From assembly GCA_951406725.2 (NCBI GenBank), contig OX597828.1, positions 71,734,001 to 71,798,000 on the forward strand: a stretch of DNA of 64,000 nucleotides, in the 5' to 3' direction. This document shows, piece after piece, positions 28,030 through 41,658 of the stretch. This DNA comes from Octopus vulgaris. Lineage: Eukaryota. The position numbers and the translations under genes were made by a program. Position 1 is the stretch's first letter. Every line of letters begins with the position of its first letter. The notes beneath the pieces were generated by a model, which made no database searches, had not been told where the DNA came from, and saw only the letters and a list, made by a program, of their open reading frames with translations.

Positions 28030-29715
28030 GAGAATAAAAACGGAGAATGTACAAGCAAACGTACGGTATCACTTTAGAGTATTTAATTCATAATTTAGAC
28101 ACAGTGTCAAGTTATAGGAAAGACTCTTACAGCTGTTCCTAGAATAGCTAAGCCTATGAATCTTTTATCAAGTAAAGATTTCCACGCCAGGTAAGTATTC
28201 CGTCTTCGGAGAGAGAGAAATAAGGTACATCCTTAAGCCAGAATATTATTAGTTACCAGCTCATTGAGGGATAAAGGAGTGTCCAAAGTAAAAGATGGTA
28301 TTGGTCGATAGATATCATTTATTATGAATCTCCTTAATCCTTCCATCATGGATCTACTGACCGATACCATTTTTTACTTTGGACACTCCTTAATCCCTCA
28401 CTGAACTGTAATTAATAATATTGTTACGAGGGGACCTCCGAAAACTGTACGGAATCCCTCAGACAGGCCCGACTCGATCAGCGAACGTTCTCGCCACGGA
28501 AACTCGTCGGAGAGAGGAGAGGAGAGACACAACCGCAGCAAGGCAACAGAGACACAGAGACACAACCCGAGAGAGACACCAAAAGAGGCAAGGCAAAACG
28601 GCAACACTGGCTTACATTCAACAACTAGTTTATATGACAATCAATGGTTACAACATCAAAGCATTTAAGGCAAACAACAAATCAATGCATCATACGGGTA
28701 TACCACAGACCAAAGCATTTAACAACATACATGTAACAATATATCAGTCCGGAGACACAGCAAGTCATATACAGTATTCCAAAGGTACACGTTACGTCAC
28801 AGTCCAATCAGAACACTATAATCGATACATTATACAATGTTCGTATCACAACAATTCACGTTACAGTTCAAAGTTCATTATCGTCTACATCAGAGTCCTT
28901 CTTTTTCTCTCTTCTTTTCTCTTTCTTTTCTTTTACATCGTAACACGTATCAATACAATTAAATACCTTAATTCCTAATTGAATCGCCAGTGTCCCAATA
29001 TTGCACCTCATCTCTCCGTACCGCTAATTCCTCTGTACATATTTCCCTCTGTGCCGCCAAGCTCTCGCATCCCAACTTGCTCCTAAAATTCCAACTCCTT
29101 GCCGACTTCCAGAATCCGACTGTCCTTCTTCGACGACCGACTCCAACTGCCAAGACCTCACTTCCTCTCTAACTGCCCTGCTCCCTTACTGCCTATCTCT
29201 ATCGCCTCAATCTGTCCCTAGCCTTATACTCTATCTCTCTCACTACTTTTCTTCTCTCTGCCCCTCATCCTCTCTTACTGCCAACACCCTCTCCATCTGC
29301 TCTTAGATTCCTTACTCTATCTTTTTCTTACTACTGCTAGATTCTTCCTCACATATTCAAGGGGTGTCTAGAACGACCCCTAATTCACCCGAAAGGGGTC
29401 GCAGAGTTTACCCAGAACCGATCAATCCACCTGAATCTGACAGGACAATGGGTTTATCCCAAAAGTAGGTCAAGAAGTACCGTGAACTGAACTATTCACA
29501 ACAATATATTAGATTACAAATATTCCTTCTCTCTCTCTCCGATGACGGTATACTTTGCTGACGTAGAAATCTTTGCTCAATAATACAAGATTCATGGGCT
29601 TAATTATTCTAGAAACAGCTGTAAGGAACTTAACAATAACTCCTCTGAATTATGTCTAGATTATAAATTAAAAGCTCTAAAGCGATACCATATGTCTTGC
29701 TTTTTTATTCTCTGT
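28030..29715. mobile_element. Long imperfect palindromic Penelope-like module with two inverted hammerhead motifs, interrupted by a solo LTR
   Basis: 28030-28320 is the diverged reverse complement of 28345-28421 plus 29504-29715. Motifs CCGA(A/T)GA...GAAA-cagctg-TA at 28124-28213 (-) and 29535-29627 (+). Confidence 0.7.
28422..29503. mobile_element. Solo LTR (probably Gypsy-type), 1082 bp
   Basis: Begins TGTTACGA and ends TCACAACA, with a 4-bp TSD ATAT at 28418-28421 and 29504-29507. It splits one arm of a palindrome. Confidence 0.75.
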
Positions 29716-30429
29716 TTTTAATATATATCTATCCTCTTAAGGACGGACTACTTCTAACCATCTTCGACAGGTAACTTCAACCCTACATTTTCTCAGTTTG
29801 GTTCACCACTAGAACCTGAGTTTTAATGGTAAATCAAAATGAACGCTAACAATACACACCTGTCGTTTTGCGTCATCAGAGGTAAACTCTTTGTATGTAT
29901 ACGCATGTGTATGTAGTGTGGCTATGTGTACATGTGTTCTATACGTTTACACCATGTTTCTATACAGGGCATCAATCGTGTCCTGTGCGCATGATTGAAA
30001 AACTGGGCGCGAAACGAATACTGGGTATATGTTCGTTTATTTTAAACATGTAGCTGTCTATATGCATATATATATATATATATAAGTATAAAATCATTAA
30101 TTTAAAATAAAATAACGATTTTATCAAGTGGCCTGCATGGAAAAAATAACCTTCAAAGGTAATAATTATTAAAATTATAAATTAGGGTATCTACGAGATA
30201 CTGGCATGCTGAAAATAGCAGCCATGATCTGACTCTAAAACCACCTTAATTGTCCATATCGGAAACACGGAGAGAAAACAAAGAGACAAGATGAAACTAG
30301 TAAAAAATTACTGGATTTCTGACTTCGCATTTAGGAATGCTTTGCCTCGTCAGTAGAATACACACAGAAAAGAAACATAAATACATATATATATATAAAC
30401 ACAACATACGAATACTTACATATACGAAC

Positions 30430-30475
<46 letters not shown>

Positions 30476-30996
30476 GTATGCATATATATAATTTTTATAA
30501 TTATATATATATATGTGTGTGTGTGTGTATGTGTGTGTGTGTGTGTGTATCCATATTACACTCACATACACACATACACACATACACATATATATATATG
30601 TACATACATGTTATACGTGCACACACATACGCGCACATATATATCGACAGTGCACACACACACGACGTACACATCTAAACACATATGCATGTATACGTAT
30701 GTATATCAGTGTGAGTATGCATACATACGTTTCCGTGCATTTGCGTATTTGTGTGTGTGTTTCTGTATGTGTGTGTGTGTTACATTTATGGAAGAATGTG
30801 TGAGTGTGTGTAGAAGAGCGTTGTGTATATAGAGGCGTCGTTGTGTAGAGGTGTGGCTGGATCTTGTCTGTTGTGCCACGAGATTAAGTGAGAAAGATTT
30901 TAGGCAATAAGGAGAGAAACAGACAAGGAATCCTTGTTGTTTACTGAAATATGGATAAATAACAGTTTCAACCTCTTTGTGGATGAAGTAAAATAT

Positions 30997-31535
30997 ACTG
31001 GTCCTCCGTCAGTAACGACGCCTAGTGTTCCATTTGATCCGATCAATGCAACAGCCTGCTCAGTAAATTTATACGCAAGTGGCTGAGCATTCCACAGACA
31101 TGCTTACCCTTAAAGAGGTTCTCTGGGAGATTGAGCGTGACACAGAATGGGACAAGTCTGGCCCCCTTTGAATTACGGGCATAATTCATTTTTGTCCGCT
31201 GAGTGGACTGGAGCTATGTGAAATAAAGTGTCTTGCTCAAGGACACAGCGCGTCGCCGGGAATTGAACTTGCAACTTTGCGATCGTGAGCCAAGTACTTA
31301 AATTTCTAACCACTAAGCCAATCTTTTCTATTCTAGGCACAAAGCCAAAAATTTTGGGGGAGGGGACCAGTCGATTAGATCGACCCCAGTACGCAACTGG
31401 TACTTAATTTATCGATCCCGAAAGGATGAATGGCGAATTCGACCTCGGCGGAATTTGAACTCAGAACGTAAAGACAGACGAAATACTGCTAAGCATTTCG
31501 CCCGGCGTGCTTACGGTTCTGCCAGCTCGCCACCT
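30997..31535 (-). mobile_element. SINE family C (30997-31320) adjacent to SINE family A (31321-31535)
   Basis: Family-diagnostic cores. Confidence 0.85.
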
Positions 31536-31619
31536 TAGAAGTATCCAATATCAATTGTGTTCATGTTTATTTTTATATCATTTCTGCTCCGCAACATTAT
31601 CTAAGCTTTTATTTTCAGT

Positions 31620-31990
31620 AGTGTTACAAGAAGAAAAAGTTCAACCAGCACTTTATCTAGTTACTGGAGTTCTTAAGAAGCAGAACCAGAGTTCGTAAAG
31701 TAATGGCAGAAACAGTTAAGAAGAGTTCCAAATGGATTTGGTCAAGGAGGAATGGAAGTGAATTTTGGAAAACACAATTTGTTTTTCGAGTCAAGTGACA
31801 TCTTAGAGTGAACTGGTTACAACAACTAACACACCTTGGCTCTGGGGGTACCTTAGCCATTCAGGAGATTTGCATTGCATACAGTAGCACAAAATGTGGC
31901 TGCAGTGGAGTGTCCAGGAGTGTAAGGAGTTAAGGGCCGAAATATTTGCTTGAGGACGGAGAGGCCTTTTCTCTGAAGACCTTTTGTTGT
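31620..31990 (+). mobile_element. Possible decayed 3' end of a HERO/NeSL-like RLE retrotransposon
   Basis: KVMAETVKKSSKWIWSRRN resembles the terminal AE.AE.AS.WLW.RR motif of HERO-type ORFs. Short match only. Confidence 0.4.
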
Positions 31991-32154
31991 TCTGCTATTT
32001 CCCGAGTTTCTCATTCTCTTGTAACAAGATTTTTATTTTATACAAATGTCCTTCTCTCAACATTTTTTTTAATCATTTATCTTTTATGGTGAACTGATTA
32101 AAGCCCTAAGCGTAATACGACACAACACTATATTTTAAAGGTTTATTAGATTTT

Positions 32155-32564
32155 TACTTATTCGACTGCGGCCAAGCTGGAACACCGTCTTCAAGAGTTT
32201 AGTGGTACAAATCAGCCCCGGTACTTATTCTATTAGTCACTTTTGCCGAAGCACTAAATCACGGGAGCGTAAACAAATACCAGTTGTCAAGCGGTGGCGA
32301 TGGAAGACAACAAACACAAACACACATACATAAATGCCGAGCTTCGACGCGATGGTTTTCAATGAAATATTTTTGACTGAGTCTTTTAATTTTAAGCCAC
32401 AACATTTCTACAAAATATTGTGGTTTTGCGCAAAGAAGTTTACTTCTCAACAACCACATGACTTCGGGTTCAGTCCCACAGCGTGGCACCTTAGCTGTCT
32501 TCTATTATATCTCCGGGAAGACTTTTGAGTGGGTTTGGTTGGCGGAAACTGAAAGAAGCCCATC

Positions 32565-32617
<53 letters not shown>

Positions 32618-32835
32618 GCGCACGTGCGTGTCAGTATTTGTGTTCGTCCCCCATCACCGCTTGACCAGTCTGTGGTTTGTTTACGTCCCTGTAACTTAGC
32701 GGTTCAGCAAAAAGAGACCGATAGAATAAGTATCAGCCTTAGGAAAAGAAGTCCTGGGATCGATTCGTTCCACTAAAACCCTCGAAGGGATTGCTCCAGC
32801 ATGACCGTAGACCAATGACTGAAACAACTAAAAGA
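32155..32835. mobile_element. SINE family B pair: minus 3' half (32155-32330) and plus near-full copy (32428-32835)
   Basis: Family B head, internal (TA)n and tail. Confidence 0.8.
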
Positions 32836-33659
32836 TAAATGACAAAAGCTCTTTTGTATTTTCCGCGTACACTTTTCTAACGACATCCTATCCACGAGAA
32901 AGAACGCCATTTTGTCTCGTCGTTTTGAAAACTAACAACACCGAGTGAAGTCGATCACTAAACGAGATATAATCGCGACTGAATGTTGTAAACCGAACCG
33001 AACCAATCCCAACACTTCCATTAATTAAATCTTTATTTTTCTACTTGCCTCAGACTTCTCTTTGCAGGAACAATATTCTATTTCTTCTTTAATTCTTTTA
33101 TCCATTTTTTTTTCTTTTCTCTTTTCATTTTCTGTTGCTTCTTAATATCAGGAATGTTCTAAAAACCATTTTCAGTAGGAGAATCTTATCTTTCCCTTTT
33201 CTTTTTATATAACCATTTTTTTTTGTTTGTTAAGGTTACTAGCTGCTGTCTTTCATTCTTCAGCTAATGTATACGCGACTGGAATTTATCTACACCAGTT
33301 GACATGGAAAACATCATTAAAGTATGTCACAATGTAATATTCTCTGAGAAACATCAAATTTCCCATCCCTCCTTGTGTTTCCCCTTATCTCTCAACACAC
33401 TCACTCACACACACGTGCACACACACACAAACACACACGCACACAAGTATTCACATGTACAAACTCTCAAACACATACGCTCTGAAATACAACCTTACAC
33501 GCAGGCCACCTATATATATATATATATATATATATACGCACACATTTTATATAAACAATTGACAGAAGTTGCAACAACTTCTGCCGATTGTTTATAAAAG
33601 AAAACCGTGTATATACTCGTGTTAGGAGTTCTATTTTCTTGTTTGCATCACCAAAACTG

Positions 33660-33816
<157 letters not shown>

Positions 33817-33913
33817 CGGGAAGCTTTATGAAAATAAACAGAAGACGAAGGCAGGTGGAAAACAAACGAATAATTGTATTAGTATGGCGCTCGGGAAATA
33901 TAAATAAAACAAG

Positions 33914-33951
33914 TCTTTAACGTTTCGAGCCTACGCTCTTCAACAGAAAGA
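33914..33951 (-). ncRNA. Ultra-minimal hammerhead-like motif (A6U core variant) in a TA-flanked module (33816-34010)
   Basis: Minus strand reads tcttt-CTGTTGA-a-gagc-gtag-gctc-GAAA-cg-TT^aaaga. Confidence 0.55.
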
Positions 33952-34142
33952 TACACAGAGAGAGAAAAACACAGAAAGAAGGAGAGAAAAAAAATGCGTG
34001 CAGTAGCTAACGATATATATATATATCTGTACCTCTATCTATCTGTCTATCTGTCTTTATATATTTACATATATACGTGCGTGTGTATACATACACACAC
34101 ACACACATACAAACAAACATAAATACATATATACATATACAC

Positions 34143-34195
<53 letters not shown>

Positions 34196-34359
34196 TAGAT
34201 AGAGAGATAGATACACACACAGACAACACCCATCCACGTATAGTTTACGCCCCACGGCCAGCCTTCGACTTTTTATATTCAAGAAAATGTTTAACCCAAT
34301 AATTACATGCTATTATTTATAGCTTTATTTACTTCGAGTTCTACATTTAAAAACGAATC

Positions 34360-34686
34360 ACATACATACATACGTGCACACATACATACATACATACATA
34401 CATACATACATACATACATACATACATACACACATACATACATACACACATACACACATACATACATACATACATACATACATACACACATACACACATA
34501 CATACATACATACATACATACATACATACATACATACATACACACATACACACATACACACATACATACATACATACATACATACATACATACATACATA
34601 CATACATACATACATACACACATACACACATACATACATACATACACACATACACACATACATACATACATACATACATACATACA

Positions 34687-34718
<32 letters not shown>

Positions 34719-34720
34719 CA
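34360..34720. repeat. (CATA)n/(CA)n compound microsatellite
   Basis: Direct inspection. Confidence 0.95.
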
Positions 34721-35022
34721 TGAGCATGTCTGGATATGCAACTATATGAATGAGAATACATACATTAAGCAAAACATACAAATCTACACATATACATATA
34801 TACTTACATACAAACAAAAATACCCTGTTGTTGCTGTTGAAATTCCAATGAAGGAGCCTTGGATCTGGGTTAGAAACCGGTTCTTTCTCTCTTGGCAAAA
34901 AATCTTGAAATAAAACTGAACAATGTCATACATACATTTATACAATATATTCTTTGAAATGTTTCAATCATTTGATTGCATAATACTGGTGCACTGCCTC
35001 GGGTGCCTACATATATATGTAT

Positions 35023-35054
<32 letters not shown>

Positions 35055-35066
35055 GTATATATATAC

Positions 35067-35240
35067 AGGCGCAGGAGTGGCTGTGTGGTAAGCAGCTTGC
35101 TTACCAACCACATGGTTCCGGGTTCGGTCCCACTGCGTGACACCTTGGGCAAGTGTCTTCTACTATAGTCTCGGACCGACCAAAGCCTTGTGAGTGGATT
35201 TGATAGACAGAAACTGAAAGAAGCCCATGGTATATATGTA
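35067..35240 (+). mobile_element. SINE family B 5' half
   Basis: Intact head ggcgcaggagtggctgtgtggtaag through gaaactgaaagaagccc. Confidence 0.85.
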
Positions 35241-35394
35241 TATATAAGGCGAAATTGCGAGGACAATATGGTGCTTGACTTCGAATGACCCGTCCTTGTT
35301 TTCTTTGTATCGTCTATCTGGATGTTTTGTTGTCCCATTTTTGTATCACCTAACTGTTCGGATGTTTTGCGTTCTTGTCCCATTTTGTATTTTT

Positions 35395-35450
<56 letters not shown>

Positions 35451-35452
<2 letters not shown>

Positions 35453-36004
35453 CAATAATAATTCTCTAAAAGGGATATAGACAGTAACTGCTCGATAACA
35501 TAAGGGACTAAAGCCATCTGAATATGGCTCGTGACGGTGTCGAGCCTTTCTGGTGACGTCGATGTTCGCCTGGGGCTAAATGCAACAGTAACACCCCCAC
35601 CACCCTGCCCTGTCCCTAGCCATATTCAGATGGCTTTAGTCCCTATGTTATCGAGCAGTTACTGTCTATATCCCTTTTAGAGAATTATTATTGCTTTCGA
35701 ACAGATTTTCGAAATCAGCAAATGTATTTTGCTTGAAAATCTATATAAGAAATCCTGCATAGTGAGAATTCGTCGAGGAAGCGGAGGCCTACCACACGCC
35801 GATGATAGGCAATACACCTTGAAACCATGGTCCGTGTGTGGTTTCCGCTTCATCGGGGAATTACCTCCTTGCAGGTTTAGGGCACCGTGACGGTGTCGAG
35901 CCTTTCTGGTGACGTCGATGTTCGCCTGGGGCTAAATGCAACAGTAACACCCCCACCACCCTGCCCTGTCCCTAGCCATATTCAGATGGCTTTAGTCCCT
36001 TATG

Positions 36005-36008
<4 letters not shown>
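35451..36008 (+). mobile_element. Penelope-like pseudo-LTR module: inverted tail plus partial tandem repeat plus hammerhead, inserted in (TA)n
   Basis: 35451-35529 is inverted at 35618-35695, 35530-35651 is directly repeated at 35886-36008, and a hammerhead lies at 35793-35838. Confidence 0.85.
35793..35838 (+). ncRNA. Minimal type I hammerhead ribozyme motif (U4C core variant)
   Basis: cacacg-CCGATGA-t-agg-caataca-cct-t-GAAA-ccatgg-TC^cgtgtg. Stem I extends further (gaagcgga/tccgcttc) and helix III is the palindrome ACCATGGT. Confidence 0.8.
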
Positions 36009-36031
<23 letters not shown>

Positions 36032-36041
<10 letters not shown>

Positions 36042-36330
36042 TAAATTAGAGATAAAACCACTATTAGGCAAATCATACAATGAAAAACATGAGCCAATAC
36101 ATAAAATTAATTAATTTATATTATTTTAAATATATATCATAAGTATTAAAATTTAATAAAAGATAATGAGTAAAACATAATAGTGTTTTACTCATTATCT
36201 TTTATTAAATTTTTAATACTTTTGATATATATTTAAAATAATATAAATTAATTAATTTTATGTATTGGCTCATGTTTTTCATTGTATGATTTGCCTAATA
36301 GTGGTTTTATCTCTAATTTAATATAATATA
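36032..36330. repeat. Near-perfect AT-rich hairpin (~146-bp arms, 6-nt loop)
   Basis: 36032-36177 versus 36184-36330. Starts at a (TA)n tract. Confidence 0.9.
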
Positions 36331-36467
36331 ATATTTTACTATAAAATTGGATTCAATCCTAAATCTGATTTTTCCCTGTAAGTTTGGATTTATTCCCTAA
36401 TATTTTATTATTAATTTATATATATAAATTATATATATATATATATACATATGTATGTACATGTTTA

Positions 36468-36736
36468 TGTGTCTATGTTTGCCCCCCCCCCGCCATCGCT
36501 TGACAACCGATGTTGGTGTGTTTATGTCCCCGTAACTTAGCGGTTCGGCAAAAGAGACCGATAGAATAAGTTCTATGCTTACAAAGAATAAGTCCTGGGG
36601 TTGATTTGTTCGACTAAAAGTCGGTGCTCCAGCATGGCCACAGTCAAATGACTGAAACAAATAAAAGAATGTGTGTGGGTGTGTATAAATATATATATAT
36701 GTGTATGTGTGTGTATGTATGGATATATACATATAC

Positions 36737-36771
<35 letters not shown>

Positions 36772-37168
36772 TCTTTCTCTTTTCTCTTTTACTTGTTTCA
36801 GTCATTTGACTGCGGCCATGCTGGAGCACCGCCTTTAATCGAGCAACTCGACCTCGGGACTTATTATTTGTAAGCCCAGTACTTATTCTATCGGTTTCTT
36901 TTTTGCCGAACCGCTAAGTGACGGGGACGTAAACACACCAGCATCGGTTGTCAAGCGATGCTAGGGGGACAAACACAGACACACAAACACACACACATAT
37001 ATATATATATACGACAGGCTTCTTTCAGTTTCCGTCTACCAAATCCACTCACAAGGCATTGGTCGGCCCGGAGCTATAGCAGAAGACACTTGCCCAAGAT
37101 GCCACGCAGTGGACTGGACCCGGAACCATGTGGTTGGTTAGCAAGCTACTTACCACACGGCCACTCCT
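36468..37168. mobile_element. Tail-to-tail SINE family B pair (36468-36668 plus, 36785-37168 minus)
   Basis: Family B 3' halves in inverted orientation about 115 bp apart. Confidence 0.9.
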
Positions 37169-37230
37169 ATATATATATATATAAATATATATATATAGAT
37201 ATATATATATATATATATATATATTCACAG

Positions 37231-37270
<40 letters not shown>

Positions 37271-37774
37271 CTACTCATTCCTGCCTTGGTGTTTATTGAC
37301 TTACTTATCCGACCTTACAACCGGATCCGTCACCATTTTGCGGCCATGTTTAACGTAAAGTAAATAGATTTGATCGTTTGATCACCTTTGATTTCTTGGA
37401 GACTAAGAAAATCGAAAGGAGATTATCTGCTTTCAGATTAGTATTGACATTATTTCCAGATTATACAATCTGTCTGTCTTGTTGGATTTCAAGATCTATG
37501 TGTGGTAGCGGGAAAGGTCATCGAATGTGATTCTGTGTTCGATTGGTATCGATCTTACATTGATGCAGAATATTATGGTGTTTGTTTGTTTGGCTTCGAA
37601 GCAATTTTTCCCTTGTTCCAGTTCTAACTGTCAAAGACACCATTGCTCGCTGCCGGTTCCGTCTCCGCTGCCAACCAACGTCACCAACGCCGCCACCTCC
37701 GCAGTCGCTATCACGCTCATTATCACACCCCCACCGCAACAAAACAACCACTCTCACTATCCCTACTGCTACTG

Positions 37775-38135
37775 CCGCCACCACCGGTACCACCACCGCC
37801 ACCGCCGCCACCACCGCCGCCACCACCGCCGCCACCACCGCCCCCACCACCGCCGCCACCGCCACCACCACCACCACCGCCACCACCACCACCACCGCCA
37901 CCACAGCCACCACAGCCGCCGCCACCACAGCCGCCGCCACCACCAGCACCACCAGCACCAGCAGCACCACCACCACCACCACAGCCACCACAGCCACCAC
38001 AGCCGCCACCACCACCACCACCATCGTTCTTGCTGCAACCATCCACGCCGTTACCTCCGCTGTTCTTCTTCTTCTTCTTCTTCTTCTTCTTCTTCTTCTT
38101 CTTCTTCTTCTTCTTCTTCTTCTTCTTCCTCCTTC
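37775..38135. repeat. (CAC/CGC/CAG)n followed by (CTT)n
   Basis: Direct inspection. Confidence 0.9.
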
Positions 38136-38389
38136 CTCCTCCTACTCCTCGTCGTCGTCGTCATCGTCCTTACCATCACCATCACCACCACTACCCTCCT
38201 CACCTGGCTTCCTTTCAGCTCTTTACAGTCTGTGTTCAAATCCAGCCAAATTAACTTTGATTTTTCGTCCGTCCTCGTTGGGTCGACAAAATAACGTAGC
38301 ACTCAAGTCTGGGAGCCATTGTTTCCTTCTCCCCCAAAACTGGTGTCCTTGTACCGTTGTGAGTTGATGTACCAAAACTGATGTACCTT

Positions 38390-38706
38390 GTAATGTTGTG
38401 AGTAAAGAGGTTGAAAAAAAAATCACCAAGTCCTCCGAATTGAAAGTGGAAATGGCAAGACTGTATGGAATACGAGAGGGTAATGTAAAAGTGATACCAG
38501 TGGTGATCGGAGCGTTGGGCTCAATACCATTTGAACTTCAAGACTGGAAATCCCATGCAAGATTGATGTCTTTCAAAAAGCAGCCTTATTGGCCACAGCG
38601 CACATCTTAAGGAAAGTATTATTTATCTGTGTCTGAGGTCCTTGTTGTGACTTGACAGATGACTAAAGACTCCGGTGCATTTTTATCTACACTGTGTCAC
38701 GAAGGA
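38390..38706 (+). mobile_element. 5'-truncated R4/Dong-like 3' fragment
   Basis: KEVEKKITK..ELKVEMARLYG...VKVIPVVIGALGSIP...ALLATAHILRKVL, then a 3' UTR hairpin and (TAA)n. Confidence 0.85.
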
Positions 38707-38717
38707 ATAATAATAAC

Positions 38718-38787
<70 letters not shown>

Positions 38788-38802
38788 GTAATATGAATAA
38801 TG

Positions 38803-38856
<54 letters not shown>

Positions 38857-38864
38857 GTAAGGAT

Positions 38865-39039
38865 GATGCTTAGCGCTATTTCATCCGTCGCTACGTTCTG
38901 AGTTCTCATTCCGCCGAAGTCAACTTCGCCGTTCATCCTTTCGGGGTTGATAAATTAAGTACCAGTGAAATACTGGGGTCAGTGTAATCGACTAGTCTCC
39001 TCCCCTAAAATTTCAGGTCTTATGCCTATAGTGGAAAGG

Positions 39040-39041
<2 letters not shown>
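38865..39041 (+). mobile_element. SINE family A (head truncated)
   Basis: Family A core. Confidence 0.8.
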
Positions 39042-39111
<70 letters not shown>

Positions 39112-39163
39112 TTTATTATTTTTATTATTATTATTATTTTTATTATTTTTATTATTATTGTTA

Positions 39164-39225
<62 letters not shown>

Positions 39226-39274
39226 TTTATTATTTTTATTATTATTGTTATTGTTATTATTATTATTATTGATA

Positions 39275-39348
<74 letters not shown>

Positions 39349-39355
39349 GTTATTA

Positions 39356-40900
39356 CTTTTTTTTTCTTCTTTCAAATTTTCTTCCATTTCTTGCCGAGTG
39401 TCTTCCCGACTCCTAGGGCAAAGAAACTCATAGTGTATATTGGTAGGCCATTAAACCAAACTCAGTAGTTCGTTCATTTTTTAAAATTGTTTTTTTTAAA
39501 GTTAAATTAAAATACATGAGCAGCAACAGTTCTCACATCGACAATGCTCTTCTCAATACGTGTGATGTATCAGTTAAGACAATCTTTTGCACTTCTTGCA
39601 GGGATGGTAAGCCAGGGATCATTCTCATATAATTTTCGGTTCCCTTCTTGATCATTCCTAGTGCTCCTACGATCACTGGTATTGTAACCGCCTTGAGATG
39701 CCACATTTTCTCAATTTCAATGAGTAGGTCTTTATATTTTCTGAGCTTGTCAAACTCTTTCGCTGAGATATTATGATCACAGGGGATGCTCATGTCGATC
39801 AATAAGCAAACTTTATTGTTTTGGTCTTTCACAACAATATCTGGTTTATTGGCCTTGATGGTTCGGTCTGTATGTACTGGAAAGTCCCACAGAATGGTTA
39901 CATTTTCTCCTTCAGTTACAGCCTCAGGGTGGTGATTATACCACTTGTCGGCAGTTTTGATATTGTAATGCCGACTTATTAGCCAGTGGAGATATTGGCC
40001 AACTCTGTCATGTCTTAATTTATACTCCACTGGTGCTAAGACTTTACATCCAGAGATTAGGTGGTCCACTGTTTCAATCATGTCGTTGCAGAATCGGCAT
40101 TTTGGGTCTGCTCCATTTTTCATCACATTAGCCTGGTAGTTCCGGGTTGATAGGCTTTGGTCTTGAGCAGCCAGGATGAAACCTTCGCTCTCTGCTTTTA
40201 GCCCTGAGCTCCGCAGCCACTGATGGGTTTGCTTCTGGTCAACATCAGCTTGTTTGCTGCGGGTCACATATTTGCCGTGCAGAGGTTTCTCCTCCCACCT
40301 ATCAGCCAATTGCTCGTGCGCTTTTTTCATTGCCATCATTTTCACCTTCTTTGCAACAATAGTTGCCGTACTTCCCTCGGGTTGTTCAGTTTGGGTATCC
40401 TGCACGAGATCAATAGCAAATTTTTTGCTTTCCTTGATGATAGAATGAAGCTTCTTTCGTCTCTCGTGATTTTCCACGAGCTTTAGCATCCAGTCATTCG
40501 ATATTTCGAGATATTTGGCCAGTCCAATTGTGGTTGTTTTGTAAGCTAGTTCAAATTGGATCAGGCCTCGACCTCCTTGGGCTCTGGGAAGGTAAAGGCG
40601 ATCTACGTCTGCCTTTGGGTGGTGCATCCTATTACAACTCAGCAGCTTGCGTATTTTTCTATCTATATTCTTTACTTCACTCATATTCCAGTTCAACACA
40701 TTGTAGCTATAAGTAACAACTGGAACTGCTAGGGAATTTATAGCTAACACCTTGTTACGTGCATTTAGTTCAGATTTCAGGACTGCACGAACTCTCCTAT
40801 AACATTCCTTCCTGATTTTCTCTTTCATGCTTGCATGCTGAATACCAGAGCATTCATTTATCCCTAAATATCTGTATGTTTGTTCTTGGTCAAGCTCTCT
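39356..40900 (-). mobile_element. Young 5'-truncated R4/Dong-like RLE retrotransposon in a compound (TAA)n array
   Basis: Uninterrupted coding frame and about 175-bp 3' UTR, with TAA arrays on both sides. Confidence 0.92.
39533..40900 (-). CDS. Partial ORF: RT end/thumb, CCHC zinc knuckle and PD-(D/E)xK restriction-like endonuclease (no true start codon)
   Basis: YRYLGI; HPKADVDRLYLPRAQGGRGL; LHGKY; AAQDQSL.TRNY; CRFC..ETVDHLISGC; RHDRV; NKPDIVVKD..LLIDMSIP..KLRKYKDL; IPVIVGALG. The upstream poly-Ile in the ORF track is microsatellite. Confidence 0.9.
   Translation of the reverse strand, partial: RELDQEQTYRYLGINECSGIQHASMKEKIRKECYRRVRAVLKSELNARNKVLAINSLAVPVVTYSYNVLNWNMSEVKNIDRKIRKLLSCNRMHHPKADVDRLYLPRAQGGRGLIQFELAYKTTTIGLAKYLEISNDWMLKLVENHERRKKLHSIIKESKKFAIDLVQDTQTEQPEGSTATIVAKKVKMMAMKKAHEQLADRWEEKPLHGKYVTRSKQADVDQKQTHQWLRSSGLKAESEGFILAAQDQSLSTRNYQANVMKNGADPKCRFCNDMIETVDHLISGCKVLAPVEYKLRHDRVGQYLHWLISRHYNIKTADKWYNHHPEAVTEGENVTILWDFPVHTDRTIKANKPDIVVKDQNNKVCLLIDMSIPCDHNISAKEFDKLRKYKDLLIEIEKMWHLKAVTIPVIVGALGMIKKGTENYMRMIPGLPSLQEVQKIVLTDTSHVLRRALSM

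Positions 40901-41658
<758 letters not shown>

Noticed and set aside
28421-28978. 185-aa ORF
   Set aside because: Lies inside the solo LTR, has no ATG start and shows no recognisable domain.
37527-38367. His-, Pro- or Thr-rich ORFs resembling mucin or extensin (also 55411-56040)
   Set aside because: Open in several frames on both strands because of (CAC/CGC)n repeats, with no splice or domain evidence.
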